Origin: Candidatus Thorarchaeota archaeon
GTDB taxonomy: Archaea; Asgardarchaeota; Heimdallarchaeia; Hodarchaeales; Hodarchaeaceae
DNA length: 10,163 nt
Reading direction: 5' to 3'
NCBI GenBank assembly: GCA_048882505.1
Contig: JBHLRO010000042.1
Coordinates: 1 to 10,163 of the forward strand
Below are positions 1 to 6,938 of the stretch, one piece after another. Under the pieces are notes generated by a model, which saw only the letters and a list, made by a program, of their open reading frames with translations, made no database searches and was not told where the DNA came from. Positions within the stretch are counted from its first letter, which is position 1; each line of letters starts with the position of its first letter. Both the position numbers and the translations under genes were made by a program.

Positions 1-87
1 GGGATGATTCCAATTATCCGGTGTGAACGCTGTCGTCAGCTGGGTAATCGGTATACGTGTCCGAATTGCGGGTTCACAGGGCCCTAG
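1..87 (+). CDS. 3' end (5'-truncated by window) of DUF1610 / HVO_2753-like small Zn-ribbon protein
   Basis: Manual translation of frame +1 gives GMIPIIRCERCRQLGNRYTCPNCGFTGP* (TAG 85-87). This matches the family C-terminal pattern I-x-R-C-x2-C-R-x2-G-x2-Y-x-C-P-x-C-G-F-x-G-P. The gene lies directly upstream of EF-1beta, its usual archaeal position. It is absent from the ORF track. Confidence 0.92.
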   Translation, partial: GMIPIIRCERCRQLGNRYTCPNCGFTGP

Positions 88-167
88 GGCGGGCGGGAAA
101 TTACCACGGTATCTCAATCACGACCAACGTAGATCAAATAATATACGACCATGCGTGGAATGCTGCG

Positions 168-455
168 ATGTCAAATATGCTATCTATTTTGAAAATAATT
201 CCCACATCACCAGAAGTCGATCGAGACAGTATTGTGGCCCGTGCCCAAAGCGACCTGAGACAGGACTTGAATCTGGAGATCCTAAAAAAGGAGGAAGAAC
301 CTTTATTTTTCGGACTGTATGCCATCAAACTCTTCATAAAAACTCCTGATTCTGAAGAAGGAAGCGATGCCTTAAGACAGTTTGAGGATCGTCTTGTCGC
401 ACTAAATGATGTGGATAACTGCGAAATTGAACTACAGACTATTATGGATTACTAG
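168..455 (+). CDS. ef1b: Archaeal translation elongation factor 1-beta (aEF-1B), 95 aa
   Basis: From ATG168 the protein reads MSNMLSILKIIPTSPEVD...EEEPLFFGLYAIKLFIKTPDSEEGS...LNDVDNCEI, matching the aEF-1B pattern (hKhhP.S.EVD ... EEP(I/L)xFGLxAh). The track start (GTG57) lies inside the upstream Zn-ribbon gene and adds 37 non-homologous residues. A weak SD-like GTGGA sits at 155-159. Confidence 0.9.
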   Translation: MSNMLSILKIIPTSPEVDRDSIVARAQSDLRQDLNLEILKKEEEPLFFGLYAIKLFIKTPDSEEGSDALRQFEDRLVALNDVDNCEIELQTIMDY

Positions 456-511
456 GCCAGACTTCTAAAGAAAAATGAAATAATGGCTTAGATTCGGCAA
501 AATACTTAACC

Positions 512-522
512 TTTTATTTGTT
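512..522 (+). terminator. Possible T-rich terminator after ef1b (could alternatively be a TATA-like element for cdc48)
   Basis: TTTTATTTGTT about 57 nt after the ef1b stop, within the AT-rich 456-654 spacer. Composition is the only support. Confidence 0.2.
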
Positions 523-654
523 GAGACGAGAGAATATTTAGTTTCACCAAACAATTCATTCAACAAGATTCGAAAGCAATAAAAAAAACGATAACAATTG
601 GATCTACAATCACTCATTTGGACAATCTAGAAAAGACTTTCACACTAGGAAAGG

Positions 655-2850
655 ATGAATACAGTGGCAAATGAAGTAATGCTGAAGGTAGCTGAAGCTA
701 GACAACGTGATGTGGGGCGCGGAAAGATACGAATGGACGATATGAACATGAGGGAGATTGGAATCACCACAGGCGACGTAGTAGAGATTAGAGGTCGTCA
801 AAAAACTGGTGCCATCGCATGGCCTGCTTATATTGAAGATCAAGGAGCAGGAATAGTTCGTATGGATGGGATAATCCGGAGAAATGCCAAGGTATCTCTG
901 GAGGAAAATGTTTGGATACGAAAGGCACAAATAAAGATCGCTAAGAATGTTAATATCGCTCCTACCAGGCAAATCTCTTTGGATTACGGTTTCGAGGCAT
1001 TTGTCAAGAGAAAACTTCTTGGATATCCAGTTTCTAAGAATGATACAGTTCTAATTCCCATTCTTGGTCGCTCTATTCCATTTATCGTCAATTCAACTAC
1101 TCCTACGGAAATTGTATTGATTACTGAAACAACGAAACTTAACGTTTCTGAAAAGCCCATTTCAGAAACTGAAACCGGGATGCCTGGGGTAAGTTATGAG
1201 GACATTGGCGGGCTCTCCGATGCTATTCAACGGATTCGAGAAATGGTGGAATTACCTTTAAAACATCCCGAGTTGTTTAAAAAGCTTGGAATCGATCCTC
1301 CCAAGGGAGTCCTACTTCATGGGCCTCCTGGCACTGGAAAAACGCTCATCGCAAAAGCGGTGGCCAATGAATCTGATGCTCATTTCATCCCTATCCAAGG
1401 CCCTGAAATCATGAGCAAATTTTACGGAGAATCGGAGGCCAGACTTCGTGAGATATTCAAAGAAGCCGAAGACAATGCACCTAGTATAGTTTTCATTGAT
1501 GAGATTGATGCCATCGCTCCCAAACGGGAGGAAGTTACGGGTGAAGTTGAACGCCGTGTTGTCGCTCAAATACTCGCATTGATGGATGGTCTGGAAAGTA
1601 GAGGAGAAACTATCGTCATCGGGGCTACAAATCGGCCGAATGCTGTTGATCCAGCGTTACGTCGACCAGGTCGCTTTGATCGTGAAATTGAGATAGGAGT
1701 ACCTGATAAGAATGAACGTTTGGAGATTCTCCAAATCCATACAAGGCGAATGCCCGGGATTGAAGACGTAGACCGAGAGAAACTAGCGGTCATAACTCAT
1801 GGATTCGTGGGTGCTGACTTGGCAGCCCTAGGACGGGAGGCGGCAATGAAAAAACTTCGTGAAATCTTACCACAAATCAATTTGAGTGAGGATACTATTC
1901 CCCCGTCTGTTCTAGACAACCTCAAAGTTGAAGATAGACACTTCGAAAACGCCCTCAAAGAAATTCATCCATCCGCCATTCGCGAAGTATTTATTGAAAT
2001 TCCAAATGTCAAATGGGAAGACATTGGCGGGATGGCCGAAGTCAAGCAGGAACTCATCGAAATCGTGGAGTGGCCTCTGAAACGAAAGGATTGTTTCCGA
2101 CGGATTGGCATTAATCCCCCTCGTGCGGTTTTGCTATTTGGTGCCCCTGGAACAGGCAAAACACTGCTCGCTAAAGCACTCGCAACGGAGAGCGAAATTA
2201 ATTTTATTAGCGTAAAGGGCCCAGAGCTTCTTTCTAAATGGGTAGGTGAGAGCGAAAAAGCAGTCCGTGAAGTTTTTAGGAAGGCGCGAACTGCGGCGCC
2301 CGCACTTATCTTCTTTGATGAAATTGACGCGGTCGCAACGCGAAGAGGCGCTGGAGACTCGTCAGGGGTGAACGAACGTGTTATCAGTCAACTGCTAACC
2401 GAACTAGCGGGGATTGAACCTTTAAGAGACGTAGTGGTTCTTGCGGCAACCAACAGACCTGACATGATCGATCCTGCACTATTAAGGCCTGGGAGATTTG
2501 ATCGAGTAGTTTACATTCCGCCTCCTGACGAAGAGGGTCGAAAGCAAATCCTAGAAATCCATACAAAAGAAATGCCTCTTGCTACTGATGTGGATTTAGA
2601 GCGGTTAGCGAAAGAAACTGAATTCTATGTAGGGGCAGATCTTGAAGCTGTATGTCGGGAAGCTGGGATGCTGGCGTTACGGGAGGATTTAGAAACTAAA
2701 ATCGTAAGATGGCGACATTTTGAATCTTCACTTTCAAAAGTACACTCCAGCTGCACTCCAGAAATGATGAAGTGGTTTGAGACCCAAGAATCACAGTTTC
2801 GACGACGCTTGGGGCTCACAGACCAACCTACGATTCCCCTGTTCGGTTGA
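655..2850 (+). CDS. cdc48: Cdc48/VCP (p97/VAT) family AAA+ ATPase, N-D1-D2, about 731 aa
   Basis: N-domain signature [20 protein letters not shown]1: Walker A GPPGTGKT, pore loop SKFYGESE, Walker [31 protein letters not shown]2: [42 protein letters not shown]. The SD-like AGGAAAGG (647-654) abuts ATG655, so in-frame GTG664 may be the real start. Confidence 0.98.
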   Translation: MNTVANEVMLKVAEARQRDVGRGKIRMDDMNMREIGITTGDVVEIRGRQKTGAIAWPAYIEDQGAGIVRMDGIIRRNAKVSLEENVWIRKAQIKIAKNVNIAPTRQISLDYGFEAFVKRKLLGYPVSKNDTVLIPILGRSIPFIVNSTTPTEIVLITETTKLNVSEKPISETETGMPGVSYEDIGGLSDAIQRIREMVELPLKHPELFKKLGIDPPKGVLLHGPPGTGKTLIAKAVANESDAHFIPIQGPEIMSKFYGESEARLREIFKEAEDNAPSIVFIDEIDAIAPKREEVTGEVERRVVAQILALMDGLESRGETIVIGATNRPNAVDPALRRPGRFDREIEIGVPDKNERLEILQIHTRRMPGIEDVDREKLAVITHGFVGADLAALGREAAMKKLREILPQINLSEDTIPPSVLDNLKVEDRHFENALKEIHPSAIREVFIEIPNVKWEDIGGMAEVKQELIEIVEWPLKRKDCFRRIGINPPRAVLLFGAPGTGKTLLAKALATESEINFISVKGPELLSKWVGESEKAVREVFRKARTAAPALIFFDEIDAVATRRGAGDSSGVNERVISQLLTELAGIEPLRDVVVLAATNRPDMIDPALLRPGRFDRVVYIPPPDEEGRKQILEIHTKEMPLATDVDLERLAKETEFYVGADLEAVCREAGMLALREDLETKIVRWRHFESSLSKVHSSCTPEMMKWFETQESQFRRRLGLTDQPTIPLFG

Positions 2851-2877
2851 AATCAGGCACCAAGGAAGGAAATTGCA

Positions 2878-3147
2878 ATGGGTCAATCAAACAAAAATTG
2901 GTCTGCTTTTCCTCTGACACTCTCTATCATGTCAATAGTAGAACGTCGAGAAGGGGTTCTGCTTGAAGATGACTTAATTCGGCTGCTAAGAAATGATGTG
3001 GGAGAATTTTCTGAGCGCGAATTAAACCGAGCTTTAATGAAGCTTGAGATTGAAGGACTTATTCACGTACAATCGATCAAAAAGAATCAGCGAGTGATCA
3101 AAAGCATATCAGAAGACCAAAAGTATCTTGCTGTTGGCGAAGACTGA
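2878..3147 (+). CDS. Small uncharacterised winged-helix-like protein (89 aa), probably co-transcribed with cdc48
   Basis: AGGAAGGA (2863-2870) lies 7 nt before ATG2878, and the ORF starts 27 nt after the cdc48 stop. The helix-helix-helix-beta-hairpin pattern (LTLSIMSIVERR / EDDLIRLL / SERELNRALMKLEIEGLIHVQ / RVIK) is typical of wHTH folds. The fold assignment is by eye. Confidence 0.8.
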   Translation: MGQSNKNWSAFPLTLSIMSIVERREGVLLEDDLIRLLRNDVGEFSERELNRALMKLEIEGLIHVQSIKKNQRVIKSISEDQKYLAVGED

Positions 3148-3160
3148 GTTCATCTATCAT

Positions 3161-4144
3161 TCAATCCAAATCACCTTGGTTAGGGTAAAGAAAAGACCGA
3201 GGCCCAGATGGCTCTATCCCTAGTTTTTCCAGAAACTGACAAACTGGGCAGATATCCCGTGAAGAGATTTCCTTACAAATTTTACACCTGACAGGATCTT
3301 TCCAGACCGTATTACTACTGGGAAAATACTTGAGAAGATTGTCATGGGCATTTACGATGTTTATTAGCGTGCTAGGCCGTTTTGTTTCCATTTCAGAGAG
3401 AAAAGTTCTAATATCATTCCGCATCGCTGAAGATGCATAAGGGCACGGGATATCATGATATTTAGTTTGAGATGCCACAGCATAAAGGACAATCTCAGGT
3501 TCACTAATCCTTACCAACGGTCGAATACGCGGAACTAAAGGTTGATCTTCAGAGGGATAATGACGAGAAAATCTAGTGAATTTTCCAACATCCCCACGGA
3601 GGAGATTCATCATTATAGATTGCGCTTCATCATCCAAATTATGAGCTGTGGCAATTTTGGTTGCTCCAATCTTCCTGGCGGCTAAGTTCAGAGCTCGGCG
3701 TCTTAGAAGGCCGCAGTATGTACAGGCAGGGGCCCCGTTATTGTTCTGATGGCTTTTCGCCACAACTTGATCTAGAGTTACTCCATAAAGATCTTTAAAT
3801 GACACAATCACGTGGTCAATCAGGTACTTTTCGGTTTGCTTTTGGGTTAGCTCAAGACAATCTTCTCTATATCCCTTTATCCCTTCATCGACGGTCAATA
3901 CAGTCAGTTTACAAGATTGATGGCGTTTTTTTAGCTTTAGAAGAATTTTGAGCAGTACTGCACTATCTTTCCCACCCGAAAATCCCAGAGCGATGTGGTC
4001 GTCCTTTGTAAGCATGCCATACTTACTTATTGTTTTTTGTACACGTTTTTCTATGAACTCCATGAAATGTTTCTTACAATATACTTTCTTCGAATGGGGG
4101 TTACTGGTAAAAGCCCTTTTGTTACAACAATCACTAGATGACAT
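3161..4144 (-). CDS. ncsA: TtuA/NcsA/Ncs6(CTU1)-family tRNA 2-thiolation enzyme (TIGR00269-like PP-loop ATPase), about 327 aa
   Basis: PP-loop SGGKDS, CTYCGLLRRRAL (CxxC), HNLDD, IRPL...EPEI..YA, and a CPY third Fe-S Cys. C-terminal Zn finger CKIC...CPVC and an N-terminal CC...CxxH. Start placed at ATG4144 rather than the track's TTG4153. Confidence 0.93.
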   Translation of the reverse strand: MSSSDCCNKRAFTSNPHSKKVYCKKHFMEFIEKRVQKTISKYGMLTKDDHIALGFSGGKDSAVLLKILLKLKKRHQSCKLTVLTVDEGIKGYREDCLELTQKQTEKYLIDHVIVSFKDLYGVTLDQVVAKSHQNNNGAPACTYCGLLRRRALNLAARKIGATKIATAHNLDDEAQSIMMNLLRGDVGKFTRFSRHYPSEDQPLVPRIRPLVRISEPEIVLYAVASQTKYHDIPCPYASSAMRNDIRTFLSEMETKRPSTLINIVNAHDNLLKYFPSSNTVWKDPVRCKICKEISSRDICPVCQFLEKLGIEPSGPRSFLYPNQGDLD

Positions 4145-4160
4145 GAAAAACAACTGGAGA

Positions 4161-4448
4161 TTATCTAAGTGTAATGACTAAGTTCGGAATGATTTCATCC
4201 GCGAGCTTACCTGCGTGACTTAGGGCCTCCTCTGCAACCTTTTTAACGTCGTGCTTCGAAAAAGGCGAGATCTCCAAATAGAGATCAATAGTGACTTTGA
4301 GTCCGCCATGGTTCTCAATTTCAACGGAAATATCGATGACATCCTGATCTAACTCACTCCTCAACTTTTTTTCAAGAAATTGGTGAATAGCGACATATAA
4401 GAGGTCTAGAACTTCATCTAGTTCATAAGAATCCTTGAAATTGTTCAC
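4161..4448 (-). CDS. Conserved small archaeal protein, probably DUF3194 family (95 aa)
   Basis: GTG start with a GAGGT SD. Alpha-beta-beta-alpha pattern (long N-helix, DVIDISVEIE, LKVTIDLYLEISPFSKHDVKKVAEEALSHA). It lies immediately downstream of pfdB, where DUF3194 genes usually sit. Family assignment is from recall and synteny. Confidence 0.6.
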   Translation of the reverse strand: MNNFKDSYELDEVLDLLYVAIHQFLEKKLRSELDQDVIDISVEIENHGGLKVTIDLYLEISPFSKHDVKKVAEEALSHAGKLADEIIPNLVITLR

Positions 4449-4480
4449 AACCTCTGATTACTGGGCTAACCAATGATTGA

Positions 4481-4843
4481 TCAATTCGAGGGTTGCGAAA
4501 GGCCTAGTTCTTCGCTTAATCGTGTCTGTAGTTCCTCTAGGCGCTTGGTATTTGAAGCTTCCTGAGAACTAAAGCTTTTCTTCTTCAGTTCAAGCAGTTC
4601 AGCCCTATCATCCAATTCTTTTAAAACATCTTTAACTTTCTTTGGGAACATCACTTGACCTACTGTCTTCCAGACCTCTGACTCTGCATCCTGCTTTTGG
4701 AGTTCTTTTTTGGTCATTTCAATCTCGGCCAATGTTCGATTAATCTCACTTAGCTGAATTCGAAGGTTTTGAACTGTTTGCTCTAACTGTCTTAACCGGA
4801 GAAGTTGTTCCTGCTTTGCAGGAGATAATTCTCGACGCGCCAT
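4481..4843 (-). CDS. pfdB: Prefoldin beta subunit (120 aa)
   Basis: Two coiled-coil helices flank a single beta-hairpin, EVWKTVGQVMF (consensus VYKxVGxhhh). GAGAGG SD at 4851-4856. Canonical position after pcc1. Confidence 0.95.
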   Translation of the reverse strand: MARRELSPAKQEQLLRLRQLEQTVQNLRIQLSEINRTLAEIEMTKKELQKQDAESEVWKTVGQVMFPKKVKDVLKELDDRAELLELKKKSFSSQEASNTKRLEELQTRLSEELGLSQPSN

Positions 4844-4879
4844 AGTTATTCCTCTCGTTTCTGTCCGTTATTTCGAGAC

Positions 4880-4887
4880 ATTAAAAA
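4880..4887 (-). promoter_or_regulatory. Possible internal TATA box (or T-tract) upstream of pfdB
   Basis: TTTTTAAT on the - strand within the 58-nt pcc1-pfdB spacer, 37-44 nt before ATG4843. Confidence 0.2.
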
Positions 4888-4901
4888 CTGTTCAATTAAT
4901 T

Positions 4902-5180
4902 TCAGGTGATGCTTTTCTGTGAAGTATTCAAGATGTGTATGACTTCAGAGCTAATTTTGACCCACCTTAAAACCATATTAATGGCAGCACGACTCGCATT
5001 CCCATCCTGCGCCACAATCTTGATTTTAATGACTTTTGCCCTTTCATCGAACGATATATCTGTGTGACTCCTCTCAAATCGCATGGCCTTAAATTCTGGA
5101 AGTAATGCTTGGTGAATAACACGGGTCTCTTCGGCCGTATCAAAGTGGATCGAAATTGCAAATCTAAACTTATCCTTCAT
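4902..5180 (-). CDS. pcc1: KEOPS complex subunit Pcc1 (92 aa)
   Basis: IHQALLPE...RS...I.IKIVAQDGNASRAAINMVLRW matches the Pcc1 pattern (ALxPE; AxDxxxxRAAxNSxLRW). Position between Brix and pfdB. It overlaps the Brix 3' end by 11 nt. Confidence 0.9.
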   Translation of the reverse strand: MKDKFRFAISIHFDTAEETRVIHQALLPEFKAMRFERSHTDISFDERAKVIKIKIVAQDGNASRAAINMVLRWVKISSEVIHILNTSQKSIT

Positions 5181-5754
5181 ATTTGGAACAACCTTGAATT
5201 AATAGGTTAAAAAGGGGCAGTGATCCCCTAGCTGTTTTCTGGATAGCTTCACCAATCAGTATATCTGATCCTTCAATGCGGAATGTAAGGGATAAAAGAT
5301 TCTCGGAAGCTCGCGTATTTGTTAAACGAAGAAGTGGAGTGAAAACCTGAATTATTTCGCTTTTCAGGGATTGTTGAACCGTAGAGGCAAAATGAAGTTG
5401 AATTGAATCTACATCGATCCTCATTTCGCGGTTATGCCTTTTTAACTGGATCATGTCAAACAGTTTGATTGATGGACTCATCGCTTGAACATCCTTCCCG
5501 ATTTTATAGGCCTTGAGATCCACGATGTCCTTGCGTCCCGTATTCTGGAGAATTAAAGCATAGGGAATCTGCAGATTCCAGCAATATCTATAAATCTCCC
5601 TCTGATTTAGAGAACCACGATTGAGTCTGATTGAATTGGGTATTGAGAAATTTAAAACTTTGCTAGCACGTCTGAGAAAATGTGTGGGGTGCCGTGAGGT
5701 AGTTATAAAAACAGAATGGGGCGAAATATTGTCTGATTGATCCTGATCAACCAT
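5170..5754 (-). CDS. Brix/Imp4-superfamily ribosome biogenesis protein (194 aa)
   Basis: N-terminal signature FITTSRHPT...P..IRLNRGSLN (consensus ITTSRxPS...NRGKxxh). Conserved position after rpl37ae. The C-terminal half is diverged. Confidence 0.85.
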   Translation of the reverse strand: MVDQDQSDNISPHSVFITTSRHPTHFLRRASKVLNFSIPNSIRLNRGSLNQREIYRYCWNLQIPYALILQNTGRKDIVDLKAYKIGKDVQAMSPSIKLFDMIQLKRHNREMRIDVDSIQLHFASTVQQSLKSEIIQVFTPLLRLTNTRASENLLSLTFRIEGSDILIGEAIQKTARGSLPLFNLLIQGCSKYEG

Positions 5755-5757
5755 ACC

Positions 5758-6024
5758 TTATGATTCCGCAAGACGTTTGGCTGTTCGCTGAGCTATCTTA
5801 CCACCAGGTGTTTGAGGTGTCCATGACCCTCCTGTAAAACGGTGTCCACAAAAAGCACATTCCCAAATCCCGATAGCAGACCTTCGTACTTTTGCTGAGT
5901 CACAAGAAGGACAAACATGCTTCTTTTTCAATTCCAGCTCGATCTTGCGAACCCTTTTTCGAATTGTAGCGCCATATCTTGTCCCAAAACGACCTGTAGA
6001 GCCCACTTTCTTTTTTCGTCCCAT
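5758..6024 (-). CDS. rpl37ae: 50S ribosomal protein L37Ae (eL43), 88 aa
   Basis: KKVGSTGRFGTRYGATIRK, Zn finger CPSC...GIWECAFCG, FTGGSWTP. Confidence 0.98.
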   Translation of the reverse strand: MGRKKKVGSTGRFGTRYGATIRKRVRKIELELKKKHVCPSCDSAKVRRSAIGIWECAFCGHRFTGGSWTPQTPGGKIAQRTAKRLAES

Positions 6025-6074
6025 TTTACCTTCAGTCCTTCTTAGATTCAGTAAGATTTTCTATCTTTTGCAAA

Positions 6075-6929
6075 TTAAAAATCGAATTCAAACATGGGCT
6101 GTATTTCAGCAGTTTGGGAATGCTCTTCAACGATAGAGATCAATTCTTGTGCACGATTAGAAGCTTTTTCAAAGATCTCCCTGATCTCTTCTTCTACAAA
6201 CGTACCTGACTCTCCTTTCTGCATTGAACAGATCATCCCGTTACTATCTATTCCTAAGGAAATGCGAGCGGTTTTCCCCCTATCTTCAATCAGATCGGGA
6301 TCATACACAATGTGGTTTTCAATTTTCGCGTATGTTAGGCTGACAACACTCCCCTGCCGAGGTATGGGGTCTGTGTCATCTAGAAGGGTGACCTCACCGC
6401 TTTCTTCATCGATTTTTACCTTCATTAACCGTGCATTAGCTAGGGCAGACATTGCAGCAAGTGCCGACGCATCGATTAGGTTACCACCATCGTCTAAGAT
6501 ATAAATGTCTACAAACAGTATCCAGACCTTCTCTCCAGGAATAACACATATTTTAGGGTCGTTCATCGGAATTACTTCACTCTCCCGAATGCCCCGGTCC
6601 ACGACTCGTGCCAGTTCAATGGCATCGGGGCCAGGTGGTCCACTTTCATGTGACGGTGAAGAGATCGGAGATAATTCGAGATTCACTGTAATCACCCCTG
6701 AATCTGGTGTATCAGAAAAAGGGGCACCGAGCTGGGCTTTTACACCTGCTATAACCACCGTATCTCCCCATTTTACCATGGCTGAACCTTCAGCCTTTTT
6801 AATAACATTGGGGACTACTCGTATCTTGCGTCCTTCCCAAAATCCTCGACCATCAGAGCGTTCACCCTTGGATAACAAATCCAGCAGATGTTTTCTTTCT
6901 AACGCGCCTATGATTTCGTCACTTCCCAT
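6075..6929 (-). CDS. rrp42: Exosome core subunit Rrp42 (RNase PH fold), about 284 aa
   Basis: RSDGRGFWEGR, KAEGSAMVKWGDTVVIAGVK, PFSDTPDSG, GPPGPDAIELARVVDRGIRES, GEKVWILFVDIYILDDGGNL.DA. Start placed at ATG6929 because AGGTGA (6935-6940) is a well-spaced SD. The track uses GTG6938. Confidence 0.97.
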   Translation of the reverse strand: MGSDEIIGALERKHLLDLLSKGERSDGRGFWEGRKIRVVPNVIKKAEGSAMVKWGDTVVIAGVKAQLGAPFSDTPDSGVITVNLELSPISSPSHESGPPGPDAIELARVVDRGIRESEVIPMNDPKICVIPGEKVWILFVDIYILDDGGNLIDASALAAMSALANARLMKVKIDEESGEVTLLDDTDPIPRQGSVVSLTYAKIENHIVYDPDLIEDRGKTARISLGIDSNGMICSMQKGESGTFVEEEIREIFEKASNRAQELISIVEEHSQTAEIQPMFEFDF

Positions 6930-6938
6930 TTTTTTCAC

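Noticed and set aside
57-167. Apparent 37-aa N-terminal extension of EF-1beta
   Set aside because: GTG57 lies within the upstream DUF1610-like CDS, and homology starts at ATG168.
23-349. 108-aa + strand ORF containing several Cys
   Set aside because: It overlaps the Zn-ribbon gene and ef1b in a different frame and has no recognisable motif, so it is a shadow ORF.
475-491. Tandem mini-ORFs ATG-AAA-TAA / ATG-GCT-TAG overlapping via TAATG
   Set aside because: Two-codon ORFs arise readily in AT-rich spacers, there is no SD, and they are about 165 nt from cdc48.
640-2819. - strand ORFs opposite cdc48 (640-972, 1312-1569, 1566-1793, 1965-2159, 2384-2566, 2625-2819) and 134-337 opposite ef1b
   Set aside because: These are antisense shadows of clearly conserved genes, with Ser/Arg-rich non-protein-like composition.
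6054-6083. Palindrome TTTGCAAA with flanking GATTTT/AAAATC at the rrp42-rpl37ae junction
   Set aside because: It is short, asymmetric and AT-rich, and partly within coding sequence. This is not enough support for a terminator or operator.
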